Assembly: GCA_951406725.2 (NCBI GenBank)
Contig: OX597824.1
Coordinates: forward strand, 55,056,001 to 55,120,000
Reading direction: 5' to 3'
DNA from: Octopus vulgaris
Lineage: Eukaryota
Length of the DNA stretch: 64,000 nucleotides
The notes beneath the pieces are model-generated. The model was given only the letters and a program-made list of their open reading frames with translations, was not told the origin of the DNA and made no database searches. Positions 28,273-41,435 of this stretch are shown here, in pieces; positions within the stretch are counted from its first letter, which is position 1, and each line of letters opens with the position of its first letter. The translations under genes were made by a program, and so were the position numbers.

Positions 28273-28602
28273 GTGTGTGTATGTATATATATATATATGC
28301 ATGTATATATATATATATATATGTATATATATACATATATATATGTATATATATATATGTATGTATATATATGGAAATCGATCAATGGAAATTGCAGATT
28401 TCCATTGATAAATCTCAGAGCGACTTATAAACAGTAGCGGTAACACATCGTGACGCATATATTTGCCATTTGAATATGGCTAACCCCTAAGGGAGATTTA
28501 TCATTGTTTGATTTCACTTTTTCAATATCAGTGTCAATCGACACTGGAAAAAGTATATGTATTTGTGAAGGGAGCTGACTTCTCGTCGACAACCATGATT
28601 GT

Positions 28603-28647
28603 CACATGCTGATGATACGTAAAGACCTTGAAACTCGAGTCCGTGTG
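28603..28647 (+). ncRNA. Type I hammerhead, unit 1 (stem II weakened)
   Basis: cacatg-CTGATGA-tacgtaaagacctt-GAAA-ctcgag-TC-cgtgtg. Confidence 0.8.
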
Positions 28648-28954
28648 TATCATGAGTTGAAGACGGGGAGGATGACTTCCCTTCACAAATACTGAGAGGG
28701 CACAGATAGTGTGTCTATAGCCAGCTGGAGGAGATATCTTCCTGGGGCTACAAACTACAGTAGCATCCACCCTTAGGGGTTAGCCATATTCAAATGGCAA
28801 ATATGCGTCACGATGTGTTACCGCTACTGTTTATAACTCGCTCTGAGATTTATCATTGTTTGATTTCACTTTTTCAATATCAGTGTCAATCAACACTGGA
28901 AAAAGTATATGTATTTGTGAAGGGAGCTGACTTCTCGTCGACAACCATGATTGT

Positions 28955-28999
28955 CACACGCTGATGATAGGTAAACACCTTGAAACTCGAGTCCGTGTG
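28955..28999 (+). ncRNA. Type I hammerhead, unit 2 (canonical)
   Basis: cacacg-CTGATGA-t aggt aaac acct t-GAAA-ctcgag-TC-cgtgtg; GUC triplet. Confidence 0.9.
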
Positions 29000-29338
29000 T
29001 ATCATAAGTTGAAGACGGGGAGGATGACTTCCCTTCACAAATACTGAGAGGGCACAGATAGTGTGTCTATAGCCAGCTGGAGGAGATATCTTCCTGGGGC
29101 TACAAACTACAGTAGCATCCACCCTTAGGGGTTAGCCATATTCAAATGGCAAATATGCGTCACGATGTGTTACCGCTACTGTTTATAACTCACTCTGAGA
29201 TTTATCATTGTTATATATATATATATGTATATATATGTATATATATATATATATGTATATATATGTATATGTATATGTATGTATATATATATATATATGT
29301 ATATGTATATATAATATATGTGTGTGTATATATATATA

Positions 29339-32300
29339 TAACGGGAAGCTTTATGAAAGTAGACAAAAGACGAAGGCAGGTGGAAAACAAACGAACAATT
29401 GTATTAGTATGGCGCTCAGGAAATATAAATAAAACAAGTCTTTAACGTTTCGAGCCTACGCTCTTCAACAGAAAGATACACAGAGAGAAAAAAAAACACA
29501 GAAAGAAGGAGAGAAAAAAAATGCGTGCAGTAGCTAACGAATCAACATGGCGATCTGATTTCGGCCAGAGGTCAAAGATCAAACATGAGACGCGAGAGCG
29601 AAATAAGGGGAGATAATAGGGTTGAAGGACCAGCTAATAGTGCGTAGGAGGGGTCTGGACGTGTGTATGTATAGGGTTGGTGTATGTATTAGTATGTATA
29701 AGGGTGTGTGTGTGTGTGTATGAGAGAGTACTAGTGCGTAGGATTGGTCTGGACGTGCGTATGTATGGGGTTGGTGTATGTATTAGTATGTATTAGTATG
29801 TATTAGTACGTATTAGTATGTATAAGTGTGTGTGTGTGTGTATGAGAGAGTATAAGTGCGTATGCGGGGTCTGGACGTGTGTATGTATAGGGTTGGTGTA
29901 TGTATTAGTATGTATTAATTGGTGTATGTATTAGTATGGCACATCATATATGATGTGATGTGTAACGTCGTGTGGTGTAGTGAGGAGAAGAGTGGAGGGG
30001 GAGAAAAAAAGGGGGGAGAAGGGGGGAAGAGGAGAGGAGGGGGAAGAGAGAGGAGGGGGAGAAGGAAGGGGAGGAGGGGGAGAAGGAAGGGGAGGAGGGG
30101 GAGGAAGGAGGAAAGAGGGAGAGGGGGAGAGAGGGAGTGAGGAAGCAGAGGGAAGGGGAAGAGGGAAGGAGAGAGGGAGAAAGAGGGAAGAAGGGAAGGG
30201 AAGTAGGGGTGAAAGGATGAAGGACTGAAGAAGTAGGGGTCGGGGGGAAAGGATAGGTGAGGAGGGGGAGAGGGGGGTTAGATGAGGAGGGGGGAGAGTT
30301 GAGACCAAATGGCGTATAAGAGCGAAGAGAGAAGATTAATTCCTGTTCACGGCGCAAACGGGAATCCGGATGGCCTCTGTGTAAGGACAAACCGAACACA
30401 GATAGGTGTTGCAAGGAGTGACCAGTGGAGTGGAAATGGCGTGAGACCGGTGTGTCGTTCGCAAGGTGGATGTCACGAAGGTGTTCCGCGAACCGGTCAG
30501 CCAAGCGGCGTCCCGTTTGTCCGATGTACAAGGAATTGCAGAGAGAGCAAGAGATGCAATAGATAATATTGCTGGAGGTGCAGGTGAAGGAGTGGATGAT
30601 GGGATAGGGTCGATGGTGGGTGCTAGTGAGGCGGGTGGTGTTGGAGAGGTAAGGGCAAGTGCGGCAACGTGGGCGGGAGCAGGGGAACGAGCCGGGTTGG
30701 GAGGTAGGGTCAGGGAAGGAGCTATGGACCAAAAGGTCTCGAAGGTTGTGGGCTCGTTTGAAAGAGGGGAGGGGTCGGTTAGGGAAGAGGTGTGAAGTGG
30801 ACGGGTCGGACTGGAGATGACGGAAAGCTCGAAGAATGGTGCGTTGGAGACGTAGGGTCGTGGGGTGGTAAGTGAGGGGAAAAGGGAGGCGGGAGACTAC
30901 AGGGCGGGTTCGGGGAGAGAGAGCAGATACACGGTCCACGGACCGTGCTCTGGCAAGGGCGGTGTGGATAGTGGTGAGGGGGTATCCACGTAGGGTGAAG
31001 TGGTGAGCTCATACGTTGAGACTGAGTCTCAAAGTCATGGTCGTCACTACAGAGCCTACGTAGACGGAGGAATTGGGAATAGGGGATGGAAAGCTTGGTG
31101 TGTTCTGGGTGGGAGGAAGAGAAGTTGAGGTATGAGTGTGAGTCTGTGTGTTTGTAGTGAATGGAGGTGGTAAGAGTGGAGTGAAGAATGCTAACCGAAA
31201 TGTCGAGGAAGGAGACAGAGGTGTTGGAGATAGTGGAAGTGAAGTGGAGGGCTGGATGGAAAGATTGGACGAAAGAGAGGAAGGAATCTAGATGTTCGCG
31301 GGAGAGTGAGGTGGCACCGATAATGTCGTCAATGTAACGACCATATAGTTCAGGAGTGGGACCAGTGAAATTAGAGAATATTTGGGCCTCAACATAGCCA
31401 ACGAACAGGTTCGCATAGTTGGGGCCCATTCGCGTTCCCATGGCCACTCCCGAGACCTGATGGTAGAACTCGCCCGCGAACGAGAAGCAGTTCAGAGTAA
31501 GGACAAGTTCGGCCAGACGAATGAGTGTGGAGGTGTCAGGTACAGGGTTAGAGCGGAGGTCAAGAAAGTGTCGAAGGGCCTGCAGTCCTTCGTGGTGAGG
31601 GATAACAGTATAGAGGCTTTGGATGTCCATAGTAAAAAGGATTTTGGAGGAGCCGGGAGGAAAGGAGAAAGAGTTGAAAAGCCGGAGAGCATGGTTGGTA
31701 TCGTGGATGTGGGAGGGAAGAGATGCCACTAGGGGGGCAAGGACACGGTCGAGGTATTTAGAGATGAGCTCCGTGGGGCAGTTACAGGCGGAGACGATGG
31801 GGCGGCCAGGGTTGTTGGGTTTGTGGATTTTGGGGAGGAAGTAAATGGTGGGGGTACGTGGGGTTCGCACAATTAGGTTGGATGCGGTGCGGGGGAGACG
31901 GGAGGACGAGATGAGGTCGTGGACAGTAGAGGATACCGTCTGTTGGTAGCTACGTGTGGGGTTAGAGGGCAGAGGGGAATAGAAGGAGGTGTCATTGAGT
32001 TGGCGGAAAGCCTCGGCCCTATAGAGGTCCGCGCCCCACACCACTACAGCTCCACCCTTGTCAGCCGGTTTGATGATAATGTCAGCGCGCCGTTGGAGGG
32101 AACGAAGAGCCAAGAGCTCAGCCGGGGAGATGTTGAGGCGGCGTTGGCGCCTGGAGAAGTTGAACCGCTCCAATGCACGCTGACAAGCGCCCGCGAAAAG
32201 ATCCACTGCTAGGATCTGGCCAGGGGCAGGCGTCCACGGGGATGGTCGGCGGCCCAGGCCAGTGAAGCAGTCCTCTTCGTTGGGTGTGGGTGGCGAGTCG

Positions 32301-34181
32301 TGGTAATGCGCACCCAACCGGACACGGCGCACAAAGCTGTGGACATCAACTCGCGTCTGGAATTCCTTACAGGATGGAGTGAGGGGGATGAAACGCAGAC
32401 CCCTACCAAGGACGGAGCGTTCAGCCGCAGAGAGGGGAAGATCGGGGGGAATGGTAACAACAGACGGAAGTGGAGAAGGGGTGGGTGGAATAGAAGTAGG
32501 AGGGGTGGTAGGTCTCGTGGAGGTCTGAGGGGGAGGGATTGGGGAGGTGTGTGGGGGGTGGTTGGGCGGGGCAGTAGGGTTAGGTGTAGGTGGATGGAGC
32601 CTATCGGGAGGGGAGAAGGGGTTGTAGGGAGGGGCAGTGGGGTTAGGTGTGGGTGGATGGAGCCTATCGGGAGGGGAGAAGGGTGGTGGAGGAGTTGGGG
32701 TAGTGGCGTCGGGTAGGGTGGAATGGAAGAGTGATTGGAGTTTACGAAGTTTGGTATCAGAAAGAAATTGATGGAAGAGTTGATTCAAATGGATAATGAA
32801 GCGTAGCGTGTTTGGAGCATAGAGAGGCGGCAGAGAGGAGAAGAAGGTGGAGAAAGCAGGAGGAAGAAGGCGGTTGATGGCATGTAGTTTGGAGAGATTG
32901 GAGCGAATGGTGGCCCGCATAAGGCGGTAAGATGTGGTGCGGAGTATGGGTAAGATGGAAGAATCCGAGTGGAGAGCAGGTTGGAAGTGGAGGTGGAAAC
33001 CTTTAGGGATGAGTCGGTGATGTAGGCAGCGGCTTAGGAAAGAGACATGGCTAGAGAAGCGGGTTTTTTTAAAAAGAAGTAGAGAGAGATTAACGGACGG
33101 CTGAAGGCAATATACAGGAAGCGAACGGAGATGATCCTTCAAACGGTGATGGAGGGTGAGGAGGTAGGACCTAGGATCCGGCATGATGGGATAGCGGAAA
33201 AAAACGTTCGAAAAAACAAAAAAACAAAAATTATCGTATGAAAAAAAAAGGAAAGCGAAAAAAGGGGAATAAACAAACGTTCAAAGAAACAAAAAATTAA
33301 AAAAATAATAAAATAAAAAAATAAAAAAATAATAATCGTATGAAAAAACTAGATAAGTAAGCGATAGGGGCAGAAAAGACGGGGCAAACGGAAAAGGGAA
33401 AGAAAGAAGGGAAGCAGAGAGAGGGGGAGGCAAAAAAAGGGGGGTGCAGGCAGAGGAAACGGAGTATGGACATCCAGAGAGGGAAGAAAGACGGAAAGGA
33501 GAATAAATATGCAGGAAAATGTGGAAAGCATGAAATGGATGTAAAAAAAGTGGTAATATAAGAGAAAATAAAAATACAACAAACGGGACAGTTTATGCGA
33601 ACAAGTTCAAGGTTGAAAGTTCAAGGTGAGAAATGTGTAGACGTCGTGGTATATTTTTTAAGGATTTCACATCAATGCAAAGTCACTTTGATCCGCGAAA
33701 GAGAGGTGCAGCCAATGGTAAGTATCCAAGAGGTAAAGAAAATCCAAGGTAGAGGTAAGTGTTGATAGTGGTATTGGTAGAATATAGGATGAAAGTGAGA
33801 CCACGTGAGCGCATAATATATAACGGGAAGCTTTATGAAAATAGACAAAAGACGAAGGCAGGTGGAAAACAAACGAACAATTGTATTAGTATGGCGCTCA
33901 GGAAATATAAATAAAACAAGTCTTTAACGTTTCGAGCCTACGCTCTTCAACAGAAAGATACACAGAGAGAAAAAAAAACACAGAAAGAAGGAGAGAAAAA
34001 AAATGCGTGCAGTAGCTAACGAATCAACATGGCGATCTGATTTCGGCCAGAGGTCAAAGATCAAACATGAGACGCGAGAGCGAAATAAGGGGAGATAATA
34101 GGGTTGAAGGACCAGCTAATAGTGCGTAGGAGGGGTCTGGACGTGTGTATGTATAGGGTTGGTGTATGTATTAGTATGTAT

Positions 34182-34222
<41 letters not shown>

Positions 34223-34640
34223 AGAGAGTATTAGTGCGTAGGATTGGTCTGGACGTGCGTATGTATGGGGTTAGTGTATGTATTAGTATGTATTAGTATG
34301 TATTAGTACGTATTAGTATGTATAAGTGTGTGTGTGTGTGTGTATGAGAGAGTATAAGTGCGTATGCGGGGTCTGGACGTGTGTATGTATAGGGTTGGTG
34401 TATGTATTAGTATGTATTAGTATGTATTAGTACGTATTAGTATGTATTAATTGGTGTATGTATTAGTATGGCACATCATATATGATGTGATGTGTAACGT
34501 CGTGTGGTGTAGTGAGGAGAAGAGGGGAGGGGGAGAAGAAGGGGGGAGAAGGAGAGGGGGAAGAGGAGAGGATGGGCTAGAGAGAGGAGGGGGAGGAAAG
34601 AGGGAGAGGGGGAGAGAGGGAGTGAGGGAGCAGAGGGAAT
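29339..34640 (-). mobile_element. Near full-length Neptune-type PLE with direct pseudo-LTRs (about 29339-30000 and 33820-34640), each with an HHR (29439-29476, 33921-33958)
   Basis: Direct repeats flank the RT/GIY-YIG coding region; HHR tcttt-CTGTTGA-a gagc gtag gctc-GAAA-cg-TT-aaaga. Confidence 0.92.
29944..33184 (-). pseudogene. PLE polyprotein (RT, Cys linker, GIY-YIG) split by one frameshift near 31009
   Basis: IKPADKGG, YFLPKIHK..PGRPIVS, TMDIQSLYT, GVAMGTRMGP, RYIDD; CSRPRCRTC; YIGQTGR; one extra T relative to the paralog at 14912. Confidence 0.9.
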
Positions 34641-34825
34641 GTATGTATATATATGTGTAAATATATATATATATATATATATAGTATTCAATACACATAA
34701 AGGGTGAAATATAATTAATTTAATAAAATTAATAAATTTCACCAAGTAGTTTTTCGGTATGGAAATGACCATATTTGGTAAGAATTATATTAATTATAAT
34801 AAAGGGTTAATTGTTGCAATTAACC

Positions 34826-34871
<46 letters not shown>

Positions 34872-34954
34872 CATCTATTGTTATATTTCGGAATGGTTAT
34901 TTCAAATAGAAATAAATAACTATATAAGTTTCTTTTTTTTTATTTATTATTATT

Positions 34955-35482
34955 ATTACTAGTATTGTTGTTATACATACATACATACATACAAGCATAT
35001 ATAATGATAATAATAAGTGGATGTAAACACATGAACAAAATAAGAATAAACAAAAACAACAACAACAATAACAAATTACTTGAACATATATAAACAGAAG
35101 ATACAAATATTACAGGCATCCCCCCTACACACACACTAAATAAACATAGACACACATAGGGATATAAGCATGCGCAAATGAAGACATACAATAGGAATAC
35201 AAAATGGCTGACGGTTAGTAAGGAGAGACACAAACAAGAAAGAAGAAAACAAAGGACCACTGATGCGGTCACAGGTGTGTGACGAAAGAACTCTGGCCAA
35301 AATAAGATTAAGATTAATGTAAAAAATAAATAACACTGAAGCAAAATAACACCAAATATATTTGGTGCGTGTATTTTTATTGGCTAAACTGGCAAAATGA
35401 CCATCCTGAAATATAACAATATCTGTTTCAATACACGACTTCACATAAAAAATCTTACACAACAAATATATAAACGTATACA
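34955..35482 (+). mobile_element. PLE 3' UTR/pLTR fragment with HHR 35254-35298 (core CTGATGC)
   Basis: Homologous to 27140-27562 and 59430-59900; stem II gtcac/gtgac. Confidence 0.75.
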
Positions 35483-35700
35483 TATCATCATTATCATTTA
35501 ACATCTGCTTTCCATGCTAGCATGGGTTGGATGATTTGACTGAGGACTGGTGAACCAGGTGGCTGCACAAGGCTCCAATCTGATCTGGCAGAGTTTCTAC
35601 AGCTGGATACCCTTCCTAACACCAACCACTCAGTGAGGGTAGTGGGTGCTTTTACGTGCCACCGGCACGAGGGCCAGTCAGGCGGTACTGGCAATGACCA
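35483..35700 (-). mobile_element. RTE-tail SINE-like fragment
   Basis: Reverse complement resembles 45220-45427. Confidence 0.75.
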
Positions 35701-35786
35701 CAATAAAATGGTATGTTAATATGCATACTTATATGTATGTATGTATATGTATATTTGTATATATATATATGTGTATGTATGTATGT

Positions 35787-38700
35787 CAGGTGCTGAATAA
35801 CAACTCTCCTTCCCATGTTCCCTCTCGCATCCCTTTCCAAGTTTTCAGAGTTGGCACTGTAAATGTAGGCACACTGAAATATGGATCTAATGAGATTGTA
35901 GAGATGCTTGAAAGGAGGCATGTTGATATATGTTACATCCAAGAGGTTAGGTTGAGAGGAGCTTCAGCCAGGTTCCTCACAGGCAAGACACATAGGTGTA
36001 AAATCTCCTGGAGAGGTAAAGTGACAGTGTTGGCATACTCCTAGCTGAGAAATGGGTGGATAAGGTCATAACGATAGTTAGAGTATGTGATAGAGTCCTT
36101 AAGCTCAGGCTAGTCTTGCAGAATAGTATAGCTACAATTATATCTGCCTACGCCCCACAAGCAGTCCTACAAAATCAACCACTTTTATGATATTCTTCTG
36201 CAGGCTACCTCGATGATGAGTGACAATGATCTCATCTTCGTGGTGGTGGGGATTTTAATGGGCATGTTGGACGGCAGTCCAGTATCTATCATGGTGTTCA
36301 TGGAATTGGTTCCTGAAATAAAGAGGGAACAAGGCTATTGGAGTTCTGTGATGGGAATAACCTTTTGACCTGCAACACCAACTTCAGGAAGCCAGCCGGC
36401 CACCTGATAGCCTATTAATGAGGTGACTCTGCTAGCCAGATAGATTTCATTCTGACCAGACAGTAGGATGCATGATTGCTCTTCAATGCAAAGACTCTTC
36501 CTGGTGAAGAATGTACCTCCCAGCATAGACTAGTCATTAGCAACTTTAGACTCCATGCCAGAACGATGCCAAGAAGTACACCAATCTGGGAAAGAAAGGT
36601 CTGGAAACTTAAGGACTTTTCATATGGTCAGAGATTTAGGGCTAACCTAATTGAGAAATTTGATGAGTGGGAGGAGCAGCTACACACTTGTGACATAGAG
36701 GGCAACTGAGAATTCCTGTGAGACAGCTTGCTGAGTGGCACAGACCAAATCTGTGGCTGGTGTAAAGTTCCTTCCAGACCCAGGGTAATGTGGTGGTGGA
36801 ACAATACCATAGACAGGGCCTGGAAGAGTTGGGGCAGCAGGGAACTGTATCAGATAGTCAGGAAACAAGTATATCTAGGCGTGGGAGAAGCAGAAAAGAA
36901 GTTCAGCTCTGTCAGGACCAATGAACTGAAGTATTTCAGATTGCAAGACAGTGTGTGAGAGAGAATTGTGATGTCATAGGAGAGAAATATGTTCACATGG
37001 ATGATGGTGCACTTGCTTTTAATAAGTCTGCAAAGAAAGAGGCTTGGAAAGACTACTGAATGAGGAGAATGAATGGGAGGAGAGTCTGCCAAATGTTGAC
37101 CCAACTGAGGGACCAGCTCTCCAAATTGACAGTACCCTGGTAGATAAAGCAAGGATACGAAGACCCATCAAGAATCACTGCTGAGATGCTTAAAATATCT
37201 GGTAGTGTGGGTTATAGTCTAGTCACCTGTATTGTAAATCAGGTGGTTCATGAAAAAGTCATACCCAATGACTGGTGTAGCAGCACCATAGTCAACTACT
37301 ACAAAGGTAAAGATGATGCCATAGATAGAAATAATTACAGAGGTATCGAATTGTTGGATCAGGTGATGAAAGTTGTGGAGAGAGTCATAGCCCAGCTAAT
37401 TAGGTAGAGAGTTAGTCTAGATGAGATGCAGTTTGGCTTTGTACCAGGTAGAAGCACTACTGATGCTATATTTCTGGTAAGGGAACTGCAGGAGAAATAC
37501 CTAGCCAAAGATAATCCTCTGTACTTGCTTTTGTTGACTCAGAGAAAGCTTTTGACAGAGTCCCCCGGTCCATTATCTGGTGGTCAATGTAGAAACTAGG
37601 GATAGATAAGTGGTTGGTGAGAGCTGTACAAGCCTTGTACAGGGACACTACCAGTAAGGTGAGTGTGGATTACAGCGAAGAATACAGGGTAGAAGTAGGG
37701 GTTCATCAAGGATTGGTGCTCAGCCCCCTCTTATTCATCATAGTCCCCCAGGCAATAACAGAGGAATTCAAGACAGGATGCCCCTGGGAGCTCCTCTGTG
37801 CTGATGACCTTGTTCTTATAGCTGAATCACAACCTGAGCTAGAGAAGTTCCAAGTATGGAAACAAGGTCTAGAATCAAAGGGTCTTAGAGTTAACCTTGC
37901 AAAAATCAAAGCCATAGTAAGTAGGAAGGCAGACAAATCACAAATCCTCTCTGGTAGATGGCCCTACTCAGTCTGTAGAAAGGGTGTAGAAATTCCATAA
38001 GATGCACCCAGTGTATGCTTTGGACACACAAAAGGTGCAGCAACATCAAAGGAAGATTAACAGAGAAATTAACTTTTGTATGTGGAATGTACAGTCATAA
38101 TAAATCCTGAACATGTGCAGAAAATAGACTCCATCAACTGCCAGTAGGGAAGCTAGAGGTAGTAGATAGCTTCCAGTATTTAGGTGACTAGGTTAGTGGT
38201 GGAGGTGGTTGTTCCGATAGCGTAGCTGTGAGAATAAGATTAGGCTGGGCAAAGTTCAGAGAGCTCCTACCTCTGCTGGCAACAAAGGGCCTCTCTCTTG
38301 GAGTGAAAGGCAGGTTGTTTGATGCCTGTGTGCAAACAGCTATGCTGCATGGCAGTGAAACATAGGCTATGACAGCCGAGGACGAGCATAGGCTTCAGAG
38401 AAATGAAGCCAGTATACTTGTTAGATGTGCAATGTCAGTGTGCATGTTCGACAGAGTGTAAGCGTCTTAAGAGAAAAGTTAGGCATAAGAGGAATCAGAT
38501 GTAGTGTGCAAGAGAGACGACTGCACTGGTATGGTTATCTGAGACATATGGACGAGGACAGTTGTGTAAAGAAGTGCCAATCTTTAACTGTGGAGGGAAC
38601 CTGTGGTAAAGGTAGACCCAGGAAGACATGGGATGAGGCAGTGAAGCATGACCTTTGAATTTTGAACCCCACAGAGGCAATGACTTGCAACCGAGACATT

Positions 38701-39218
38701 TGGCAATGTGTTCTATTTAAGAGGACCTGTCAAGCCAAAACTCACCCGTGCTGGTGGCACGTAAAAAATATCAACCTTGAACGTCAGGCCTGACAGAGGC
38801 AAAGTGATGAGCATTTGGGCCTCATGTGACAAAGTAGCTGAGTTCCTTTTGAATGTTGGTCCTCACGGAGGCAAAGTGGCCGAGCTCCTTTTGAGTTTTG
38901 GGCCTCATGGAGGCAATGAACAAGACATTTGGCATTATGTTGTGCTTGAGAAGAAGACCCATCAACTGAGCAAAATCGCAGTTGTGGCAGATACTGGTGT
39001 CATGCAAATGGCACCTATGCCGGTGGCAAGTAAAAGAACCCATAACACTCTGAGTGGTTGGCATTAGGAAGGGCATCCAGTCATGAAAAACAATGCCAAA
39101 TCAGACTGAAGTCTGGTGCAGCATGCAGCCCAGTCAAATCATCCAACCCATGCCAGTAGGGACAATGGATGCAAAATGATGATGAGGATGATAATGATGG
39201 TAATGATGATGATGATGA
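35787..39218 (+). mobile_element. Decayed near full-length RTE-clade LINE (AP endonuclease and RT)
   Basis: RVGTVNVGTL, IQEVR, NYRGIEL, GVHQGLVLSP, LCADDLVL, GRPRKTW; many stops; (GAT)n tail. Confidence 0.9.
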
Positions 39219-39272
39219 TATATGTGTATGTATATATTTATATATATAAATAATGTGTGTGTATATATATAT

Positions 39273-39495
39273 ACAGGGTGTTCTATAAAGGGTACCAAAT
39301 TTGAAAGGTGAATAATTAAAACAAATTCTTATAAACATGTTTACATTCTACATATTTTTAATGAGTATAGAACACAATGTCTATCATATGTCCACCTGCA
39401 CTGAGTCTGCATACATTGATGTGCTCTTTAAAATTTCCGATAACTCTTTCACAGATATGTGGCCTGATGCCTCCAATCACGTCTGATTTCAGCTT
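39273..39495 (-). mobile_element. Tc1/mariner-superfamily 3' end relic
   Basis: TA|CAGGGTGT TIR start; minus strand reads IRPHICERVIGNF..C..GGH. Confidence 0.6.
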
Positions 39496-39518
39496 TGTAT
39501 ACATTTATATATATAATG

Positions 39519-39571
<53 letters not shown>

Positions 39572-39740
39572 GTATGTATATTCAAAGGGCAAGACCACTA
39601 GGTAGTCGGCCATATGCTAGAAATAGATCATCTACGATCAAACTACAAAGAAAAGAATGTTCTCTAGAGGAAAATTCAGCGGACACCAGAACAATTAGGC
39701 AGGCAAGACAAATGAAAATTATATAAAAAATCAGAATTAC

Positions 39741-39816
39741 TCACAGACCGGCGGTTTCGTCTATTAACAAATGAATTACTTATATAATCCAATTGTCCGT
39801 AGACTCGTCAGTGCGA
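39741..39816 (-). ncRNA. Type I hammerhead with extended stem II
   Basis: Minus strand: tcgca-CTGACGA-gtcta..tagac-GAAA-ccgccg-GTC-tgtga. Confidence 0.85.
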
Positions 39817-40377
39817 TCGTTCCACGGGTAATGTAATTTGTAAAACTAACCACCAGCTTTCCGTACAAAAACAGACACGTGTTTAGTTTCACCGATTACA
39901 TTAGGGATAATTTCAAATGTCTTAGTTCTGGTGCGCTAAAATTCCAATGCGTATATATGTACATATGTATATTTAATGCGTAGTGGTTGGTTGAGCTGAA
40001 AACATGCACACCTACGTTAAAAGTGCTGGCGAGTTTGCATGGCAACTATTTTTTTCAAAAATGAAAGGCGTGACCTCTAGGACAAAATTCCTCATCTTTT
40101 CAAATGTGGCCCGAGTAGACCCGAATGAAATTGGGTTATATTAACCAAAATGTGAAAAGAGGTCTAAATGGGCCAGCGCTGTCACTCTTCCACATCCTCT
40201 CTCTTTCTCTATGTCTGTCTGCATTCAAAGAGAGAATTATCATCGCCACCATCACCACACAATCATGAGAACAAATATTATGAATAAGATATTTATTGGG
40301 TTAATTTATATGTGTGAGTGTGTGTTCTATATATAAATATGTATCTATAATGTATATATACAAAGTGTATATATCTG

Positions 40378-40420
<43 letters not shown>

Positions 40421-40487
40421 AATTTGCATACATTTGTATATATAATGCGTACACACAAACACACATATATATAATTCATATATATGT

Positions 40488-40518
<31 letters not shown>

Positions 40519-41009
40519 ATACAAAATAAGAAAATGAAGAAATACATCTTAATCAATAATCAACTACCAGATTATACCCAATCACATAATTTATTAAACC
40601 ACTACATATGAACATTAAGGTCAAACATAATAATATAGAACAAAACAATGTACACGAATGTGTAATATGATATAATAAGTTCAGTATGTATAAGTGAATA
40701 TAAATAAACATAAATATAAATTACATCTTACAGCTGTTTCGGCCATGCAGATATTGGTGTCTCCTTATGCTCATATTAGCCATGTGTGGTAGGTTAATAT
40801 GTAGTTAGTACTACCCCTGTAGCGATAAATATTAATTTAATGGATGATACTGCTATTCGCAATAGTAATCCTAATGTTAAGAATATCACCAATAATGTTA
40901 AACATGGACTCCCGTTAAATATAGGATTAAGTAGTGGGAATGTGTGTAACACTATTAATAATAATAGGGATGCAGTGAATTGAGGCAAGGTTAAATTTCC
41001 TCAATCTGA

Positions 41010-41435
41010 TAGTAGCTGCAATTGCAGAAACAGAGATAAATGTGTGTTCAGTAATGAATGCCTGAGGAAAGAGGTGGTTTATCAATGCATTGTGAATACA
41101 CAACATGATAATAGGGTGTACATTGGTGCGACTAAAAATAGTATGAAACAATGGCTAAACTATCATAGATACACTTTTAAAAATAAAAATAAGATGAATT
41201 CTACGGGGTTAAGTACTTATATTTGGGAACTTAAGAGTAGGAATATAGATTTTGACTTAAATTGGAAAATACTCACTTCTGCATCAGTATATAATAATAA
41301 AAAAAAGAAGCTCTTTATGTATCAATGAAATTTTCTTCATCATCAAAGCTGGCCTACCCATTATTAATAATATTAATGAGCGGAATTATTTTTTGCCTTC
41401 ACAGACTAGCATATACCTTCTCTAGATTTAAATAG
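41010..41435 (+). pseudogene. Naiad-type GIY-YIG relic
   Basis: SCNCRNRDKC..ECL..VVYQC..YIGAT..TGLSTYIWELK..WKIL. Confidence 0.8.

Larger units (their letters stand above)
28493..29212 (+). repeat. Tandem 352-bp retrozyme-like repeat (2 units plus stub) with an upstream inverted fragment at 28406-28493
   Basis: gagatttatcattgtt recurs at 28493, 28845 and 29197; one HHR per unit. Confidence 0.9.

Noticed and set aside
28534-29122. Duplicated 78-aa minus-strand ORFs
   Set aside because: Short, no recognisable motifs, and explained by the tandem duplication; RNA structure explains the sequence better
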